A stretch of 64,000 bases of DNA from Planctomycetota bacterium (GTDB lineage: Bacteria > Planctomycetota > UBA1135). A model generated the notes under the pieces. The model saw nothing but the letters and a program-made list of their open reading frames with translations, ran no database searches and was not told the origin of the DNA. The DNA lies in assembly GCA_045047305.1 (NCBI GenBank), contig JASFYO010000002.1, positions 32,001 through 96,000 of the forward strand. The letters run 5' to 3'. Both the position numbers and the translations under genes were made by a program. Within the stretch, counting starts at the first letter, position 1. The number at the start of each line of letters is the position of its first letter. Positions 58,948-64,000 of this stretch are shown in pieces.

Positions 58948-60699
58948 ATGAGTTTCCGCCCCGAATTCCATACTCTTCTATTCGCTGGCCTTTTGGCCGG
59001 CCTTGGAAGCTGCCAAGGGTCTCATCCGACCACCACAGCGCAAAACGAAATGCCTCCTTTGGAGCAGGCTGAGCACAATGTCGCCACTTCCGACGACAGT
59101 GCCCAGGCTGAACTTCCACCATCCCTGGAGGAATTGCAATCGCTTGCCGCTGAAGACCCCGCGTCCGCACTCAACAGAATGGACGATCTGCTTGCAGAAA
59201 ACCAGGGAAACGTGCCTTTATTGCTGCTTTTCGCCGACACCACCCTACGTCTTTTTGAGCAGAAGCAGGCCGACGGCAGCCTCACGCCTGGCCTGGCTTC
59301 CGACCTTCTCGACGACGCTCTAGGTGCCTACCAAGGTGCTCTCGCTATAGAAGGATCCTCCACAGCTGGGCTACTTGGCTTGGTGCGGAGCTATCGCCAG
59401 ATGGGTGACAGCGCCGCCGCTTGGGATGCTGCACTCGGACTTTTTGATCAGATATCGCCTGCCATCGAAGCCGGGAATGCCGTGGACTCCACACTCCTCG
59501 TCGCCATCGGGCAGGCCGGCCTCAGCGCAACCGTGGCTTCCATCCAAGCTGGTAACCCGGCACCTCGGTCCACTCATATCGCCATCCTGGCCCTGCAAAC
59601 CGCAATCGAGCAAGGGGATCCAAGCGCAACACTGCCGCTATCCGACCTATCTGCCTGGCTCGGCAACCCAACCTATGCCGCCGAGGTCATTGCCGCCGGC
59701 CTGCACCAATCCCCAAGCGACTTGGCCCTGTTTGGACGCCTGCAGAACCTAGGCAAACAAGACCGCAATCGCCAGGTAAGCCTCTTGGAACAGCTACGTC
59801 TGGATATACCTGACCAAGCGACTCCCCTTTGGTACTTAGGAGAAGCGCGTTACTTGCAGGGCCGCGAAACACGCTCGGCAGCGGATTACCTGAAAGCCCA
59901 GGAATGCTGGGATCGCGCTGAGGAGTCCTTCCTGCAAGCGATGGCCCTCGAACCAAGCTATACCGAAAGCTGCCAAGCCTGGCTACATTTGGTGCGCACT
60001 CAGCGTGGCTGGACCTTACGCGATGAAGGTCGCATTGCCGATGCAGCCGCCACCTTCTTGAGCACCCTTAAGGCAGACCCAAAGCGTCTAGAGCCGAATG
60101 CAGAAGCCGAAAGCCTGCACCTAGGCATCGACACCATCACCGGGGATTACTTCAATCGTGACGACCTCAAATCCGCGCGGCACTTCTTGCGCAATGTTTG
60201 TGCCGTTTACGACAAGAACTCCGACTGGACCAACAATCTCGGGTTCTTCTGTCGCGATTTAGGTGTGCAAGCTTTAGCCGCTGGCGATGACACTTTGGCG
60301 CAACAATATTTCGAAGAATCGTGGGAAGCATATAGCCGAACGGTGGAGCTTTCGCCCAACGAAGCACGCTTAGTCAACGACCGCGCGCTCATCGCAGTTT
60401 ATTATTTGGACCAGCATTGGCTACTTGCGGAACAAGAGTTGCATAGGGCGATTGAGCTTGGCATGAAAACCCTGGCCGAAATGGGTGAAGATGTTCCCGC
60501 TTCGGAACACGAATACTTCGACATGGCCGTCGGGGACGCCTGGGAGAATCTCGCCTACCTCTACCTCAACCGCTACGAGGAAATCGGAGACTCTGAAACC
60601 TACATCAATAACAGCCTGTTGCACTTCCCCTTTAAGCAGCGCTCAGGCATTCCGCCACTTCAGCGGAAACTCGAAGAACTGCGTAAACGCTCGCAATGA
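58948..60699 (+). CDS. TPR-repeat lipoprotein
   Basis: LGSC lipobox; helical TPR-like repeats. Confidence 0.78.
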   Translation: MSFRPEFHTLLFAGLLAGLGSCQGSHPTTTAQNEMPPLEQAEHNVATSDDSAQAELPPSLEELQSLAAEDPASALNRMDDLLAENQGNVPLLLLFADTTLRLFEQKQADGSLTPGLASDLLDDALGAYQGALAIEGSSTAGLLGLVRSYRQMGDSAAAWDAALGLFDQISPAIEAGNAVDSTLLVAIGQAGLSATVASIQAGNPAPRSTHIAILALQTAIEQGDPSATLPLSDLSAWLGNPTYAAEVIAAGLHQSPSDLALFGRLQNLGKQDRNRQVSLLEQLRLDIPDQATPLWYLGEARYLQGRETRSAADYLKAQECWDRAEESFLQAMALEPSYTESCQAWLHLVRTQRGWTLRDEGRIADAAATFLSTLKADPKRLEPNAEAESLHLGIDTITGDYFNRDDLKSARHFLRNVCAVYDKNSDWTNNLGFFCRDLGVQALAAGDDTLAQQYFEESWEAYSRTVELSPNEARLVNDRALIAVYYLDQHWLLAEQELHRAIELGMKTLAEMGEDVPASEHEYFDMAVGDAWENLAYLYLNRYEEIGDSETYINNSLLHFPFKQRSGIPPLQRKLEELRKRSQ

Positions 60700-62159
60700 T
60701 CCTAAGCACCCTAATCCTTTGTTCCCTCCAGACTGGCAGCTTCGATGCAGCCATCGCTGATGCCTCTGCGCTTGCCTCGAAGAACAACTTCCACGGCGCT
60801 GTCCAACTGCTAAAGGATGCTGGCGTAGAAGACAGCACCGATGCTGCCGGCTGGACGGCCTACGGCGAAATGACCGCCAAGTGGACCGAGTTTGAAATCG
60901 GAGCCGGGCGTATTGGCGGTCTCGATGCCTACGATGCATGGAATGATGTCGCTTGGATTTATGAGAAAGCCGCTTCGATGTCTGGCGCCGAAGACAAGGT
61001 ATGGGTGAACTGGTCAGAAGCCATGCTCAACGGCAACGACGTTGTGAATAGTTTGCGCACGGTGGAAGATGGATTAGCGAAGTTCCCGAAGTCCGCCGCC
61101 CTGCTCATGCAGCAAGGACGTGTTTTGATGTCGCTTGCGCGCGCGAGTGCTGAAGTCGGCAACGCCGAAACGGCTAGCGAAGAATTTGGCCAAGCAGAAG
61201 CGGCATTCCGCGCTGCGATGAAAGCAGCGCCGAAAACTGCCGCACCCTGTTTACGCTTAGGCGAGCTGCAATGGACGCTTTACTTCAACTCTGGGCAAAG
61301 CGATCAAGCCATGCACGATGGCGCGATTGAGTCGTTTATGAGTGCCGCCAAACGCGATGCTGCTGGCGTCGACGGTGGCATGGTGTCGAATTGGCTTGGT
61401 GCAGAGAGCCTTCCGATCCTAGATGTCTTGATCAAAAACCAACCAGACGAAGTCCTGAACTACTGGTATCGCGGTTCTACCTATTACGCGCAGGGTCCAG
61501 AGGCATGGCCCCATACTCGCGATGACTTCCTGAAAGTTTTGCAGCTTAATCCGAACTTCACCAATGCGTATTACTTCTTAGCCGACGGCGCAATGCAACG
61601 TGGGCAATCGCTGGACAAGACCGGCAAAGATGCACTGCAAGAAAAAGCATACGGCGCAGCCGCTAAATTCTGGGCTTTGTACCTCAAAGACTTTGGGCCG
61701 ACTTACCTACAGTCGGTGAAAAAAAATCCGGACGGCGCCAAGGACGCTGCCACCAGAATGAACTGGTTGGCGGGCAAATCCACCATGGATAACGGCATCA
61801 TCCTTCTGGAATGGGCCACCACCGCCAACCCTGGCTTCGCCGATGCGTGGAACAACCTCGCCCTCTTCTACCGCGATACGCGCGAAGCTGAGAAATCGCT
61901 CAAGGCCTACGCCAAAGCACATGAGCTGAAGCCTGACGACCCGCAAATCATGAATGATTATGCGGTCATCTACCACTACTACCTCAAGACCAAGGACGAT
62001 GTGGCGCGCCAGCTTTACAAGCAGGCCATTTCCCGTGCAGAAGCCATGCTTGAGAGTGGCGAGGTGAAAGAGGCTGACCAAAACCGCATCCGTACTGCGC
62101 TGCACGATGCAAAAAACAACCTCAAAAAGCTGGACGCGGGCAACCGCAAAAACAGCTAG
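60696..62159 (+). CDS. Exported TPR-repeat protein
   Basis: LNPNFTNAYYFLA, NPGFADAWNNLA; ATGA overlap with upstream gene. Confidence 0.8.
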   Translation: MILSTLILCSLQTGSFDAAIADASALASKNNFHGAVQLLKDAGVEDSTDAAGWTAYGEMTAKWTEFEIGAGRIGGLDAYDAWNDVAWIYEKAASMSGAEDKVWVNWSEAMLNGNDVVNSLRTVEDGLAKFPKSAALLMQQGRVLMSLARASAEVGNAETASEEFGQAEAAFRAAMKAAPKTAAPCLRLGELQWTLYFNSGQSDQAMHDGAIESFMSAAKRDAAGVDGGMVSNWLGAESLPILDVLIKNQPDEVLNYWYRGSTYYAQGPEAWPHTRDDFLKVLQLNPNFTNAYYFLADGAMQRGQSLDKTGKDALQEKAYGAAAKFWALYLKDFGPTYLQSVKKNPDGAKDAATRMNWLAGKSTMDNGIILLEWATTANPGFADAWNNLALFYRDTREAEKSLKAYAKAHELKPDDPQIMNDYAVIYHYYLKTKDDVARQLYKQAISRAEAMLESGEVKEADQNRIRTALHDAKNNLKKLDAGNRKNS

Positions 62160-62180
62160 AGGTTTTTCTCCCCCACAAGC

Positions 62181-62215
62181 AACAACCCGTGAGGAATCTA
62201 ACCTCGCGGGTTGTT
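62181..62215 (+). terminator. 14-bp hairpin between the TPR pair and trkA
   Basis: AACAACCCGTGAGG-7 nt-CCTCGCGGGTTGTT (one G-U pair). Confidence 0.6.
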
Positions 62216-62228
62216 ATCATTCCCACAC

Positions 62229-63590
62229 ATGCGGATTACCATCGGTGGTGAAGATGCCGTCGCCTTCCGGCTCGCGGAAGCCTTGATGGCGGACCATGAG
62301 GTTACGGTCATTGTGCCTGAAGAGGTACGCGACCCGGCCTTGGAGCGTTTAGACGTGCAAGTTCTGCATGGAGTGACCTCGTCTGGCAGCACCCTGAAGG
62401 CTGCAGAAGTGCATAAGGCCGATTTATTCGTTGCATGCACCCCCGCAGATGAGCGCAACCTGGTTGCCTGCGCGGAGGCCAAGCGATTAGGTGCAAAGGA
62501 GGTCACTTGCTTCCTGCGACGCCATGAGGTGCAAACTAACGAGTCGGAAGCGGCCTCGTTGGCGCGCTCCCTTCATATCGATCAGGTGATTTTGCCGGCC
62601 GCACGATTAGCCCGCGAGATTCTGAAAATCGTCATGGTGCCAGGCGCGCTCGAAGCCGATGCCTTCGTCAATGGCAAGGTACGTTTGGTGAAACGTGTGG
62701 TCGAAGCCAAGTCGAAGTTTGATGGCACCAGTTTGAAAGAAGTCGGTGTGCCCAAAGGTATCGTATTAGTGATGGTGCAACGTGGCGAGGAGCGTTTTAT
62801 CCCTAAAGGCAACACTCGTTTTGAAGCTGGCGACAAGCTCACGGCAATGGGCAGCCTGAGTGGCATCAACCGTTTGCTGACACGCTATCTCACCGCGCGC
62901 GATCATGGACGTGACCCTCGCCGCGCAGTCGTTGTTGGTGGCGGTGCGGTTGGCTTTTCCGTCGCACTTGGACTGGAGAAGGCTGGCTGGAAAGTCAAAG
63001 TCATTGAAGCCAATGAAAAACGCGCATTGGAAATTGCGCCGCTCCTGGAGTCTCTGGTACTTCATGGCGACGGCACCGATTTGGAGCTCCTGCGCGAGGA
63101 ACACATCGCGGATAACCCGGTGCTGATTGCAGTGACCAGCCACGACGAGAAAAACTTGCTGGTTTCGTTACTGGCCAAGCAACAGGGAGTCGCGCGGATC
63201 GTGACACGGGCGGATAAGGAATCGAATGAGTGGTTGTTCGAAAACGTTGGCATTGACGTAGTACGTTCGGCTACCGGCGCCGCAATCCGCACCGTGGTAC
63301 GCAAAGTGAATCGTTCCGAGCACGACCTCATGGCCGAGTTCGAGCATGGCGATGTCAAGGTTTTACGTCTCAATGTACCCGAAACCACGATGCCAATCGC
63401 GCTGTCCGATCTGCGCGCACCCATGTTTGCGATTGTCGGAGCTATCCTTCGCAACAGCAAAGTCATCATCCCGCAAGGCAGCGATGAAATTCATGGTGGC
63501 GACCAGCTTCTGGTTTTCTGTCAGACCGATTGCGCGGCAGAAACCAGGCTCTTCTTCGAATCCCAAGCCAGTCCAAGTAAGGACACATAA
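62229..63590 (+). CDS. trkA: Trk potassium uptake NAD-binding subunit
   Basis: Two RCK N/C pairs, GGGAVG, HGDGTD, DEKNLL. Confidence 0.92.
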   Translation: MRITIGGEDAVAFRLAEALMADHEVTVIVPEEVRDPALERLDVQVLHGVTSSGSTLKAAEVHKADLFVACTPADERNLVACAEAKRLGAKEVTCFLRRHEVQTNESEAASLARSLHIDQVILPAARLAREILKIVMVPGALEADAFVNGKVRLVKRVVEAKSKFDGTSLKEVGVPKGIVLVMVQRGEERFIPKGNTRFEAGDKLTAMGSLSGINRLLTRYLTARDHGRDPRRAVVVGGGAVGFSVALGLEKAGWKVKVIEANEKRALEIAPLLESLVLHGDGTDLELLREEHIADNPVLIAVTSHDEKNLLVSLLAKQQGVARIVTRADKESNEWLFENVGIDVVRSATGAAIRTVVRKVNRSEHDLMAEFEHGDVKVLRLNVPETTMPIALSDLRAPMFAIVGAILRNSKVIIPQGSDEIHGGDQLLVFCQTDCAAETRLFFESQASPSKDT

Positions 63591-63596
63591 TCCTTC

Positions 63597-64000
63597 ATGC
63601 GCATTGCGCCCGTCCTCGGTGTTATCGGCCGCTTGCTGCAGATTTTCTGCGTGGCGTTCTTACCTCCTTTAGCACTGGCCACTTGGGACTATTATTTCCA
63701 CGCCGCTCCGGCTGCCGAAATCCTTGAATTCAGTGGCGCCCTAGTACTCACTTGGTGCTCTGGTTGGCTACTCGCGCGCTTTTTTGTCAAGGAGCCTGAT
63801 TTTCGCCGCGCGGAAGCCCTAGCCATTGTTTCTGGGACATGGCTGGTCATCGCCCACTTCGCGGCCATCCCTTACTTGTTCTCTGGCCTCGGTTATGTCG
63901 ATTCCTTCTTCGAGTCGATGTCTGGCCTAACCACCACCGGCGCCACCATTCTGCAAGACTTCGGAGCCCACGGACGCGCTTTCTTTTTGTGGCGTTCCAT
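63597..64000 (+). CDS. trkH: Trk potassium uptake membrane subunit (partial)
   Basis: Manual translation MRIAPVLGVIGRLL...FFESMSGLTTTGATIL; open to window end. Confidence 0.92.
   Translation, partial: MRIAPVLGVIGRLLQIFCVAFLPPLALATWDYYFHAAPAAEILEFSGALVLTWCSGWLLARFFVKEPDFRRAEALAIVSGTWLVIAHFAAIPYLFSGLGYVDSFFESMSGLTTTGATILQDFGAHGRAFFLWRS

Overview
Gene-dense, moderately GC-rich bacterial chromosomal window. Gene order and protein style suggest an uncultured Planctomycetota lineage (inference). The housekeeping backbone includes tRNA-Thr/Tyr/Gly/Thr-tuf-rpmG-secE-nusG, aroC, mutS2, cystathionine beta-synthase and gamma-lyase, HU, dtd, typA, a propionyl-CoA carboxylase/epimerase operon, rluD-like, valS, kdsA, purA-uppS-cdsA-phoH-ybeY, a FliA-like sigma factor, rpsO-pnp and trkAH. 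Many uncharacterised envelope or secreted proteins and one hipBA toxin-antitoxin module are interleaved. I saw no CRISPR array, integrase, transposase or rRNA. Main leads: (1) three tandem secreted paralogues with a zincin-like HxxGH-x15-W(L/M)EE motif that all lack the catalytic Glu and share an invariant Cys; (2) an MlaEFD-like MCE transporter with a periodic helical MlaD and an aromatic-repeat lipoprotein, with no MlaA/B/C in the window; (3) a mini-Skp + short lipidated secretin + GspK-like operon; (4) a shared ~105-aa domain on unrelated beta-propeller proteins; (5) a recurrent TANNNT-6 nt-start codon leaderless-promoter signature, including a 22-nt bidirectional promoter. All protein calls come from reading motifs by eye; no database search was run.
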